Source: Bacteroidales bacterium
GTDB taxonomy: Bacteria > Bacteroidota > Bacteroidia > Bacteroidales > WCHB1-69
Reading direction: 5' to 3'
Length of the DNA: 64,000 nt
Assembly (NCBI GenBank): GCA_047638115.1
Contig: JBLJBB010000048.1
Coordinates: 8,606 to 72,605 of the forward strand
Within the stretch, counting starts at the first letter, position 1. Each line of letters starts with the position of its first letter. The notes beneath the pieces were generated by a model. It searched no databases. It was not told where the DNA came from and worked only from the letters and a program-made list of their open reading frames with translations. The translations under genes and the position numbers were made by a program. This document shows, piece by piece, positions 38,506-46,298 of this stretch.

Positions 38506-38862
38506 ATGAAAAAAATAATTTTAATAATCAGCGCATTTTTATTCATTCAAATGGGTTATGGGCAATATGTAGGACCCAAAAGCACGAATAAAACATTTAC
38601 GGTTAAAGAAGTGAGGGATAATGGTGCCAAATTAGATCGATCAGATCAGCAAGTTAAATTAAAGGGATTTATTATTTCTCAAATCAATAACAATACTTAC
38701 GAATTTAGAGATTCAACAGGAATCATTAGAGTAGATATAAAACCGTATTTACTTCAAAATAAAAAATTTGATGATAAACTGGAGATCACCATTATCGGAG
38801 AGGTTGATTATGATCTTTTAGAAGGAACGGAGATCGATGTTGATCAAGTGATATTCCCTTAA
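38506..38862 (+). CDS. YgiW/YdeI-family bacterial OB-fold (BOF) periplasmic protein
   Basis: Signal peptide. FTVKEVRDN..., NNNTYEFRDSTGIIRVDI, EITIIGEVDYD. Confidence 0.7.
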   Translation: MKKIILIISAFLFIQMGYGQYVGPKSTNKTFTVKEVRDNGAKLDRSDQQVKLKGFIISQINNNTYEFRDSTGIIRVDIKPYLLQNKKFDDKLEITIIGEVDYDLLEGTEIDVDQVIFP

Positions 38863-38891
38863 TTTTGAGGGAATATCACTTGATTTATTTT
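38843..38891 (+). terminator. Strong terminator hairpin overlapping the BOF gene stop
   Basis: Perfect 17-bp arms atcaagtgatattccct (38843-38859) / agggaatatcacttgat (38868-38884), followed by ttatttt. Confidence 0.7.
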
Positions 38892-38942
38892 GTAAGGGAA
38901 AAACGATTTTTAGCGTAATTTTTGAAACTTGTAGTTTTTATG

Positions 38943-38950
38943 TATATTTG
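38943..38950 (+). promoter_or_regulatory. -7 box retained upstream of the hydrolase pseudogene
   Basis: tatatttg, 21 nt upstream of the ATG at 38971. Confidence 0.4.
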
Positions 38951-38970
38951 TGGGTTAAAAAGCTCATTAT

Positions 38971-39250
38971 ATGAAAAATCTGAAATTTCAAATCTTTAAA
39001 TTGTTTATTATGATTTCATTATTAGTTTCAATGTTAAGTTGCTCTTTTAATAAAACCTTAGAGAACCGCGAAGGATTTCTTCAGGTAAAAGGTGGAAAAG
39101 TTTGATGAAGTAACGGAAAACACTTTAATGAAGTACAAAAATTTAATTCCAGAAGCTCAGTCAGTCATCATTAAAGGAGCAGCTCACATGACGATGCAAG
39201 ATAATCCAGGAGAGAACAATGCAGCCATATCCTCTTTTATGGGTAAATAA
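38971..39250 (+). pseudogene. Alpha/beta-hydrolase (proline-iminopeptidase-like) pseudogene, copy B, with large internal deletion
   Basis: The ATG opens the lipoprotein-like MKNLKFQIFKLFIMISLLVSMLSCSFNKTLENREGFLQVKGGKV, then TGA. A different frame continues EVTENTLMKYKNLIPEAQSVIIKGAAHMTMQDNPGENNAAISSFMGK* (catalytic-His C-terminus). About 200 codons of core are missing. Confidence 0.8.
39031..39225 (+). repeat. 195-bp perfect direct repeat, right copy
   Basis: Identical to 33504-33698. Confidence 0.9.
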
Positions 39251-39339
39251 TTTTAATAAAAATCTTTTATAGTAAATTGAAAAAGTGATAATCAACTATC
39301 ACCTTAATTGGCTCATGATCACATTAGCTTATTATTCCG

Positions 39340-39347
39340 TATTTTTG
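39340..39347 (+). promoter_or_regulatory. -7 box upstream of the UPF0597 gene
   Basis: tatttttg, 33 nt upstream of the ATG at 39380. Confidence 0.45.
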
Positions 39348-39379
39348 CAGAAAAATTTCTTCTATCTAATTTTTGATTT

Positions 39380-40705
39380 ATGACGTCTGAAAGAATTGCG
39401 CAAATTATACAACTTGTTAAGAACGAAGTGAAACCAGCTCTCGGGTGTACCGAACCGATTGCAGTGGCTCTAGCTGTAGCAAAATCTTGTGAAATCATGA
39501 GAGAAAACGGCCACAATCCTGAGTTTCTTGAGGTGGAAGTGAGTGCCAATATTTTGAAAAATGGGATGGGAGTGGGGATCCCTGGTACCGGTATGGTTGG
39601 GCTCGATATTGCAGCCGCTTTGGCCATGGTGTGTGGTAAAACTGAGTATAACCTCGAAGTACTGAGAGAGATCAATCACGAGGCAATTGTTAAAGCACAA
39701 GAGATTGTCTCCTCGGGCAAAGTTTCCATCGCAATGGCTCAGACTACAAAGAAACTGTATATAAATGCGATTGCAAAAAATCAAAACCACACAGCTTCAA
39801 CCATCATCCAGGATCAACACGATAAAATTACCTATTTCGATTTTGATGGATCCATTTTGTTTAATGATTGCTCGGGAAGCGTAGAGAAAAATCACTGTAA
39901 ACTTCACGAAAAAGAGGAGTCGAATGCCATTCTGGATCTCAAATTGGATGTTCAAACCATCTGGGATTTTGTACATGAAGTGGAGTATAAAGAGATAGAT
40001 TTTATTTTAGAATCTGTGGAGCTTAACAAAGCACTCGCCAAAGAGGGAATTAAACATGAGTATGGGTTACAAGTTGGAAAAACCATCCATACAAATATCC
40101 ATAAACATATTTTAGGGTTTGGGTTGCTCACCAATTCTATGGCCATGACTGCTGCGGCATCGGATGCCAGAATGGCGGGAAGTATTTTGCCTGCGATGAG
40201 TAATACCGGAAGTGGAAATCAGGGAATTACGGCAACTTTACCAGTGGTAGCTGCCTCGGAAACCTTTTTAAGCTCTCAAGAAGAGTTAGCCAGAGCGTTG
40301 ATGTTGAGCCATTTGGTTACAATTCATATCAAAGGGCAACTGGGCAGATTGTCGGCATTGTGTGGCGCTGTTGTTGCTTCCATTGGATCTGCTTGCGGTA
40401 TTGTGTATCTGGCAGAAGGGAACTACGAACAGGTGTGTTATGCCATTAAAAATATGATCGGAAACATGACGGGGATGGTGTGCGATGGGGCAAAAATTGG
40501 TTGTGCCCTTAAAGTGGCCTCAGGGGTATCTTCTGCAGTTCAATCTGTTTTGTTAGCTATGGACAATATATGCATCTCCGAAAATGATGGGATTATTGAT
40601 CGCGATATTGAAAAAACCATTAAAAACCTTGCCAAGATTGGCTCCACCGGGATGCAGGAAACAGATGATATGATTCTGAAAATTATGGTATCGAAGTTGA
40701 ATTAA
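39380..40705 (+). CDS. UPF0597 / YhaM-like protein (serine-dehydratase-alpha-like; putative L-cysteine desulfidase)
   Basis: 441 aa. VKPALGCTEPIAVALA near the N-terminus, SNTGSGNQGIT, CDGAKIGCALK. Size and motifs match the YhaM/CdsB-type family as I recall it. Confidence 0.7.
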   Translation: MTSERIAQIIQLVKNEVKPALGCTEPIAVALAVAKSCEIMRENGHNPEFLEVEVSANILKNGMGVGIPGTGMVGLDIAAALAMVCGKTEYNLEVLREINHEAIVKAQEIVSSGKVSIAMAQTTKKLYINAIAKNQNHTASTIIQDQHDKITYFDFDGSILFNDCSGSVEKNHCKLHEKEESNAILDLKLDVQTIWDFVHEVEYKEIDFILESVELNKALAKEGIKHEYGLQVGKTIHTNIHKHILGFGLLTNSMAMTAAASDARMAGSILPAMSNTGSGNQGITATLPVVAASETFLSSQEELARALMLSHLVTIHIKGQLGRLSALCGAVVASIGSACGIVYLAEGNYEQVCYAIKNMIGNMTGMVCDGAKIGCALKVASGVSSAVQSVLLAMDNICISENDGIIDRDIEKTIKNLAKIGSTGMQETDDMILKIMVSKLN

Positions 40706-40706
40706 G

Positions 40707-40737
40707 GACTACGGACTGCAGACTACGGACTGCGGAC
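40707..40737. repeat. Heptamer tandem array GACT(A/G)C(G/A) x ~4.4
   Basis: gactacg gactgca gactacg gactgcg gac, starting 2 nt after the stop codon. Same unit as 34111-34141. Confidence 0.85.
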
Positions 40738-40788
40738 ATGTAAATATTTGAATAATAGCCAAATAGAAACACTATTCAATTTATTTTT

Positions 40789-40816
40789 CATTATTCACTA
40801 TTCATTATTCATTATT
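40789..40816. repeat. Heptamer tandem array CA(T/C)TATT x4, abutting R5
   Basis: cattatt cactatt cattatt cattatt. The reverse-complement array lies at 53126-53160. Confidence 0.85.
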
Positions 40817-40817
40817 T

Positions 40818-41028
40818 GGGCGTTCCCCTTTGGCTGCACTCTATTCAATTCACAACACTATATAAAATAAGGAGCGTCGCTGGCCAAAGGGTCGGCCTTT
40901 CGCTTCAAGTCCGCAGGTAAAAGCCTAGTGACTGCAAAGTCGTAAAAGTAGCTCACAAGTTCGCTCTTTTACTCCTTGCATCACTACGACTTTTACCTTT
41001 GCGGGCTTTCACGCTTTCGGCCTAACGC
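40818..41028 (+). repeat. G+C-rich element R5 (family termini, divergent hairpin-rich interior)
   Basis: Starts gggcgttcc and ends cctaacgc like R2-R4. The interior has a 9-bp stem 40826-40834/40883-40891 and a ~90-nt imperfect hairpin 40912-41004. Confidence 0.75.
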
Positions 41029-41030
41029 GA

Positions 41031-41047
41031 AAAAACCTTCGGTTTTT
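41031..41047 (+). terminator. Hairpin with T-run at the inner end of R5
   Basis: aaaaacc ttc ggttttt. Analogous to the hairpin at 52923-52944 next to R4. Confidence 0.4.
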
Positions 41048-41252
41048 GAATAAAAAGAGAATAACAAACAATAAATCTTGATCACAAAATGAAATTTTTA
41101 TAGAATATTTTTTGTAATAAGATTAAAAATATTCCATTTTTAAATACTGATTTTTACAAGGTAAATAAAAAATATTAAAGACTTTTATTATTTTGTAGCC
41201 CATATACTTAAAAATAATTTCAAAAAAACTTGACAATTTGAATTTTTTGTTG

Positions 41253-41260
41253 TACTTTTG
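41253..41260 (+). promoter_or_regulatory. -7 box upstream of the Type I R-M operon
   Basis: tacttttg, 5 nt upstream of the ATG at 41265 (near-leaderless). A ttgaca-like hexamer lies at 41230-41235. Confidence 0.45.
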
Positions 41261-41264
41261 TAGA

Positions 41265-41843
41265 ATGATTACTAAAGAAAATATTTTGAAAACATTAATA
41301 AAGGAAATCACAAACATTCAAACAGGATTATTTGCAAAACCATCCGGTTCGGGTGATTTGGTTTATCTGCAATCCAAACATTTTGACGAATCTGGTCAAC
41401 TGCTTGCTGTTTTACATCCAGACCTTAAATCTATTAATATTTCTGAAAAACACCTATTAAAAGAGGGTGATGTACTTTTTGCTGCTAAAGGGAATAAAAA
41501 TTTTGCTACCGTTTTTGAAAACCATAATGAAGCAGCTGTAGCTTCAACCTCTTTTTTTGTTATTAGAATAACCGACAAAAAAATAGCACCCCATTATTTA
41601 GTATGGCTTCTTAATAGTCACTCTATTCAAAAAGAATTGAAAGGTCAGGCATTAGGAACTTCAATTCTTTCCATATCAAAACAAGTCTTAGAAAATTTAG
41701 AAATTTTAGTTCCAAGTATTGAAACACAAAAAATTATTCTACAAATTACTGAACTTCGAAATAGGGAAAAAACTTTGAAGCAAAAAATTGAAACACTTAG
41801 AGATAACCAAATTCAAAAACAAATTTTTAATATAATAAAATAA
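41265..41843 (+). CDS. hsdS: Half-size (single-TRD) Type I R-M specificity subunit
   Basis: 192 aa. One target-recognition domain, then a conserved helix ...LENLEILVPSIETQKIILQITELRNREKTLKQKIETL. Start trimmed from the tracked TTG at 41238 to the ATG behind the promoter box. Confidence 0.7.
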   Translation: MITKENILKTLIKEITNIQTGLFAKPSGSGDLVYLQSKHFDESGQLLAVLHPDLKSINISEKHLLKEGDVLFAAKGNKNFATVFENHNEAAVASTSFFVIRITDKKIAPHYLVWLLNSHSIQKELKGQALGTSILSISKQVLENLEILVPSIETQKIILQITELRNREKTLKQKIETLRDNQIQKQIFNIIK

Positions 41844-41845
41844 AT

Positions 41846-43408
41846 ATGATGACTAAAATAACTCAGAAAGAGATTAACGATGCTGTTTGGAAAGCGTGCG
41901 ATACCTTTAGAGGAAGTATTGATCCCAGCGTTTACAAAGACTATGTTCTTACTATGCTTTTTATCAAATATCTTAGTGATGTTCATGATGATAAAATGGA
42001 AAGCTACTTAAAAAAATATGATGGTGATATAGAACGTGCTAAAAGAGCCATGCAACACGAAAGATTTCTAGTTCCGAATCAAAGTCATTATAAATTTTTG
42101 TATGAACATCGCAATGAAGCCAACATTGGAGAACTGATCAACATAGCACTTACCGACTTGGAAGAAGCCAATCGTGAAAAACTATATAGTGAAGATGGAG
42201 CAGGAATTTTCCAGAATATAGATTTTAACAGTAGCAAACTGGGTGAACCCAAAGACAAAAACCAACGTTTGAAAACCCTTTTGATCGATTTTAAATCGGA
42301 TAAATTGGACTTACGTCCTTCCCATTTGGATGGAAACGACATCATTGGAGGAGCTTACATGTTCTTGATTGAAAATTTTGCCAGTGATGCAGGAAAAAAA
42401 GCGGGTGAATTTTTTACCCCAAAAGAAGTTTCTACCCTTATTGCCAAGCTTACCAAATCTAAACCAGGTTCACGCATTTGCGATCCAACTTGCGGATCAG
42501 CTTCACTCTTGATTAAAGCCGGTGAAGAGGTAGGTTCAGACAATTTTTCACTCTACGGACAAGAAGCCAACGGAAGTACATGGGCTTTAGCGGTTATGAA
42601 TATGTTTTTGCATGGTTTTGATAATGCAACCATTCGTTGGGGCGATACCATTCGCAATCCAAAATTGAAAGAAGGTGATACTTTAATGAAGTTTGATACC
42701 GTTGTGGCAAATCCACCATTTTCATTAGATAAATGGGGAAAAATTGAAGACAAAGAGGGAGACAAAACAACCATAAGTTATGACCCTGAAACCGATAAAT
42801 ATAATCGTTTTTGGAGAGGTGTTCCACCCAAAAGCAAAGGGGACTGGGCATTTATCAGTCACATGATTGAAACACTGAATGAGCAAGGAAAAGCGGGTGT
42901 AGTAGTACCACACGGTGTATTGTTTCGTGGCAGTAGTGAAGGACGGATTCGTCAACGTACCATTGAAGATAATTTACTTGAAGCTGTGATTGGGCTTCCT
43001 TCTAATCTATTTTTTGGTACAGGTATTCCCGCTGCCATTATGATCTTTAACAAACTAAAAAGCAGTAATAACGTATTATTTATAGATGCCAGTAAACAAT
43101 ATGAAAGTGCTAAAAACCAAAACAGACTCCGCGAGGGTGACATTGAACATATTGTAAACACCTATCGTGATTTTTCATTAGGTAATTTACAAGTAGGGGT
43201 AGCGGAAGAAAAATTCAGTTATGTGGCAACTTTCGAGGAGATACAAGAAAACGATTTTAATTTGAACATTCCCCGTTATGTGGACACCTTTGAAGAGGAA
43301 GCCGAAGTGGACATTGCTGCGGTGCAACAAGAGATTGAAAAGCTTGAAGAGGAATTGGTACATGTTCAGAATGAAATTGAAGTTTATTTAAAGCAATTAA
43401 TAAAATAG
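41846..43408 (+). CDS. hsdM: Type I R-M N6-adenine DNA methyltransferase
   Basis: HsdM_N-like start, FFTPKEV, DPTCGSASLL (motif I), VVANPPFS (motif IV). Confidence 0.93.
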   Translation: MMTKITQKEINDAVWKACDTFRGSIDPSVYKDYVLTMLFIKYLSDVHDDKMESYLKKYDGDIERAKRAMQHERFLVPNQSHYKFLYEHRNEANIGELINIALTDLEEANREKLYSEDGAGIFQNIDFNSSKLGEPKDKNQRLKTLLIDFKSDKLDLRPSHLDGNDIIGGAYMFLIENFASDAGKKAGEFFTPKEVSTLIAKLTKSKPGSRICDPTCGSASLLIKAGEEVGSDNFSLYGQEANGSTWALAVMNMFLHGFDNATIRWGDTIRNPKLKEGDTLMKFDTVVANPPFSLDKWGKIEDKEGDKTTISYDPETDKYNRFWRGVPPKSKGDWAFISHMIETLNEQGKAGVVVPHGVLFRGSSEGRIRQRTIEDNLLEAVIGLPSNLFFGTGIPAAIMIFNKLKSSNNVLFIDASKQYESAKNQNRLREGDIEHIVNTYRDFSLGNLQVGVAEEKFSYVATFEEIQENDFNLNIPRYVDTFEEEAEVDIAAVQQEIEKLEEELVHVQNEIEVYLKQLIK

Positions 43409-43410
43409 AA

Positions 43411-43863
43411 ATGAAAAACGAACTATCAAATCTACACAAAACTTTGTTTGAGCAGATCAAACAAGTTGATAAAGAAGGTAATGAATGGTGGTCAGCAAGA
43501 CAACTTGGTAAAGTACTGGAATACTCAGAATATCGTCATTTTAAACCAGTAATTGATAAAGCCAAGGAAGCCTGTGTAAATAGCTCTCAAGAAGTATCAG
43601 ACCATTTCGAGGAGTTCCTCGAAATGGTTGACATTGGATCTGGCGCTCAACGTCCTATGGGAGATGGTGTAAAACTTTCTCGTTATGCTTGTTACCTGAT
43701 TGTTCAAAATGCTGATCCAAGTAAAGAGGTTGTTGCACAAGGACAAACCATTGAAGAGATTGGGGGTACGATGCCTGAAGATCTCCCTGTTGCCGAAAGT
43801 ATCAAAAAGCTGGAAAAAGCAAAAGAGCCGAAGATGTTAAATACACCCAAAAAGAAAAAATAA
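43411..43863 (+). CDS. DinD-like (DNA-damage-inducible protein D family) protein, short form
   Basis: GNEWWSARQLGKVLEYSEYRHFKPVIDKAKEAC...LSRYACYLIVQNADPSK matches the DinD N-terminal half. It jumps directly to a TMPEDLPVAESIKKLEK-type C-terminus. Confidence 0.65.
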   Translation: MKNELSNLHKTLFEQIKQVDKEGNEWWSARQLGKVLEYSEYRHFKPVIDKAKEACVNSSQEVSDHFEEFLEMVDIGSGAQRPMGDGVKLSRYACYLIVQNADPSKEVVAQGQTIEEIGGTMPEDLPVAESIKKLEKAKEPKMLNTPKKKK

Positions 43864-44969
43864 TGACTGAAACAAAAAACATGACAATACCATCTGATTG
43901 GGAAATTTTACATTTAGGAGAAATTTTTAAACTTACTTCAGGAAAGACAAAACCCAGTGAGTTATTTGATGAACATGTTGATGAATATATTTATCCTGTT
44001 TATGGTGGAAATGGAATAATTGGGTTTGCTAAAGAATTTAATTCAGAAGGTGAAAATATTTTAATTGGAAGGGTTGGTGAGTATTGCGGGATTACTCGAT
44101 TTTTAAATGAAAAGTGTTGGATTACAGATAATGCATTATACTCAAAAGATTTTTTAATTGACATTGATGCAAAGTTCTTAGTATACAAATTACAATTAGA
44201 CGATTTGTCAAAACTTAGGAACAAAGGAGGCCAACCACTAATTAGTCAAGGACCAATTAGTCTTAACAAAGTTTGTATACCAAGATCACTTCCTGAGCAA
44301 AAAGCGATAGCTCGGGTTCTCAGCACTTGGGATGAAGCGATCCACAAAACCGAACAACTCATTGCCCAAAAAGAACTCCGCAAAAAATGGCTGATGCAAA
44401 ATCTTCTAACCGGGAAAATGAGATTGAAGGGGTTTGATGGGGAGTGGGAAGATATTGAATTAGGTGAACTGTTGAATTATGAGCAACCTACAAAATACTT
44501 AGTTAAGGATACTCTTTACAGCAATTTGTATTCTATTCCTGTTTTAACAGCGGGTAAGACATTTATTTTAGGTTATACTAATGAAGAAAATGATATTTGT
44601 GATGATTTGCCTGTTGTGATTTTTGACGATTTTACTACTGCCTCAAAATATGTTGATTTTCCGTTTAAGGCAAAATCCTCGGCGATGAAGCTTCTAAGAC
44701 CTAAGCAAAACGTTAATTTAAAGTTTGTTTTTGAAGCTATGAAATTAATAAATTATGTTGTTGGTAACCATGAAAGACATTGGATTTCAAAATTTGTTTA
44801 CCTAACAATTCCTTGTCCTTTCATTGATGAACAAACCGCTATTGCTGAAGTATTACAAGCTGCAGATAAAGAGATAAGCTTGCTCAAAGCCAAAGTGGAG
44901 AAATTAAAGGAACAGAAAAAGGGGTTGATGCAGGTGTTGTTGACAGGGAAAAAACGATTAAAAGCATAA
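43863..44969 (+). CDS. hsdS: Full-length (two-TRD) Type I R-M specificity subunit
   Basis: Two variable domains separated by the conserved helices LPEQKAIARVLSTWDEAIHKTEQLIAQKELRKKWLMQNLLTGKMRL and DEQTAIAEVLQAADKEISLLKAKVEKLKEQKKGLMQVLLTGKKRL. Confidence 0.9.
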   Translation: MTETKNMTIPSDWEILHLGEIFKLTSGKTKPSELFDEHVDEYIYPVYGGNGIIGFAKEFNSEGENILIGRVGEYCGITRFLNEKCWITDNALYSKDFLIDIDAKFLVYKLQLDDLSKLRNKGGQPLISQGPISLNKVCIPRSLPEQKAIARVLSTWDEAIHKTEQLIAQKELRKKWLMQNLLTGKMRLKGFDGEWEDIELGELLNYEQPTKYLVKDTLYSNLYSIPVLTAGKTFILGYTNEENDICDDLPVVIFDDFTTASKYVDFPFKAKSSAMKLLRPKQNVNLKFVFEAMKLINYVVGNHERHWISKFVYLTIPCPFIDEQTAIAEVLQAADKEISLLKAKVEKLKEQKKGLMQVLLTGKKRLKA

Positions 44970-44981
44970 TAAAAATTACAC

Positions 44982-46283
44982 ATGAATACAGCAGAAATAT
45001 TTAAAGATTTTCTTACTAATATAAAAATTAGTGATGATAAAGCTGAAGAAATTTCGTATCGATATGGTCGAATTACAAAAGCATTAAACAAAGAGTTTCG
45101 TGATACTGATTCAAAAACATCCAATAGTTTACAAGTAGGATCTTATGGTAGATATACTGGAATAAATGGAATTTCAGACTTGGATATGCTTTATATAATG
45201 CCTGCCTCCAAATGGGATAACTATAACAAAACAGGCGGACAATTAAAACTACTCCAAGATACTAAAACAGCAATTTCAAACACTTATTCTTCATCTGATA
45301 TAAAAGTTGACAGATGCGTAGTTACAGTTAAATTTTCAGATTCTCATATCGATATACAACCTGTATTTGAAATAGAAGACCAAGATTATAAATATCCTGA
45401 CACTTATAGAGATGGATCTTGGAAAATTACCAAGCCAAGAAAAGAAATGGACGCGATGGTAGAATTTTCTGACAATAAGAACAAAAATCTTAGGCGGCTA
45501 TGTAAGATGGCAAGAGCATGGAAAAATAAGCATGGAGTTTGTATGAATGGACTTTTAATTGATACACTAGCATACAATTTTCTAAAGGCAACTACATATT
45601 TTGACGAAAAAACTTTTTCTTTTTATGATGAAATGTGTAAAGATTTTTTTAAATATTTATATGAACTGCCTAAAGACCAAACAGAATTTGGAGCATTAGG
45701 GAGTAAACAAAGAGTAAAAGTTAAGAAATCTTTTAATCGAAAAGCAAAAAAAGCCTATGATTTATCTTTAGATGCGTTTGATGCCACAACGGATAAACTA
45801 AAACACAACAAATGGAGAGATGTTTTTGGAAAGGATTTTCCAAAATTTGAAAGCGAAGAGAATGAAGCAAGGGAAATAAATGAAAGTTATCATAATACGG
45901 AAGAATTTATTGAATCAAAATACCCAATAGATATTCGTTATGATTTAAAAATAGATTGTGATATAAAACAAAGTGGGTTTAGAGAAGGATCATTGAGAGA
46001 GTATTTGTTTAAAAAAATTAAATTGATGCCAAATAAATCACTAAGATTTTTCATTGAAAGAATTGATGTACCACCTCCTTATGAGGTGAAGTGGAAAGTA
46101 ACTAATAGAGGTGAACAAGCAATTAAAAGAGATTGTATAAGAGGGCAGATTATTGACGACCATGGTTCTCAAGAAAGAAAAGAAAATACAAATTTTAAAG
46201 GAAGTCATTTTGTAGAGTGTTACATAATAAAAAATAATTTTGTAGTAGCAAGAGATTTGATTGATGTTCCAATTTCAGAATAA
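44982..46283 (+). CDS. SMODS-type pol-beta nucleotidyltransferase with a ~200-aa beta-rich C-terminal extension
   Basis: VGSYGRYTGINGISDLDMLYIMP (G-S, 11 residues, D-x-D). Third acidic strand SHIDIQPVF. C-terminal ...YEVKWKVTNRGEQAIKRDCIRGQIID... Confidence 0.7.
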   Translation: MNTAEIFKDFLTNIKISDDKAEEISYRYGRITKALNKEFRDTDSKTSNSLQVGSYGRYTGINGISDLDMLYIMPASKWDNYNKTGGQLKLLQDTKTAISNTYSSSDIKVDRCVVTVKFSDSHIDIQPVFEIEDQDYKYPDTYRDGSWKITKPRKEMDAMVEFSDNKNKNLRRLCKMARAWKNKHGVCMNGLLIDTLAYNFLKATTYFDEKTFSFYDEMCKDFFKYLYELPKDQTEFGALGSKQRVKVKKSFNRKAKKAYDLSLDAFDATTDKLKHNKWRDVFGKDFPKFESEENEAREINESYHNTEEFIESKYPIDIRYDLKIDCDIKQSGFREGSLREYLFKKIKLMPNKSLRFFIERIDVPPPYEVKWKVTNRGEQAIKRDCIRGQIIDDHGSQERKENTNFKGSHFVECYIIKNNFVVARDLIDVPISE

Positions 46284-46298
46284 TTTAAAAACATAAAT

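Noticed and set aside
39319-39790. Minus-strand ORFs 39319-39675 and 39470-39790
   Set aside because: They are antisense to the well-supported YhaM-like gene. The long open antisense frames are expected from that gene's unusually high G+C content.
41265-44969. Phase-variable hsdS shufflon (two hsdS genes)
   Set aside because: Both hsdS genes are on the same strand. I saw no inverted repeats between them, no recombinase or integrase is nearby, and their conserved helices are of different sequence types.
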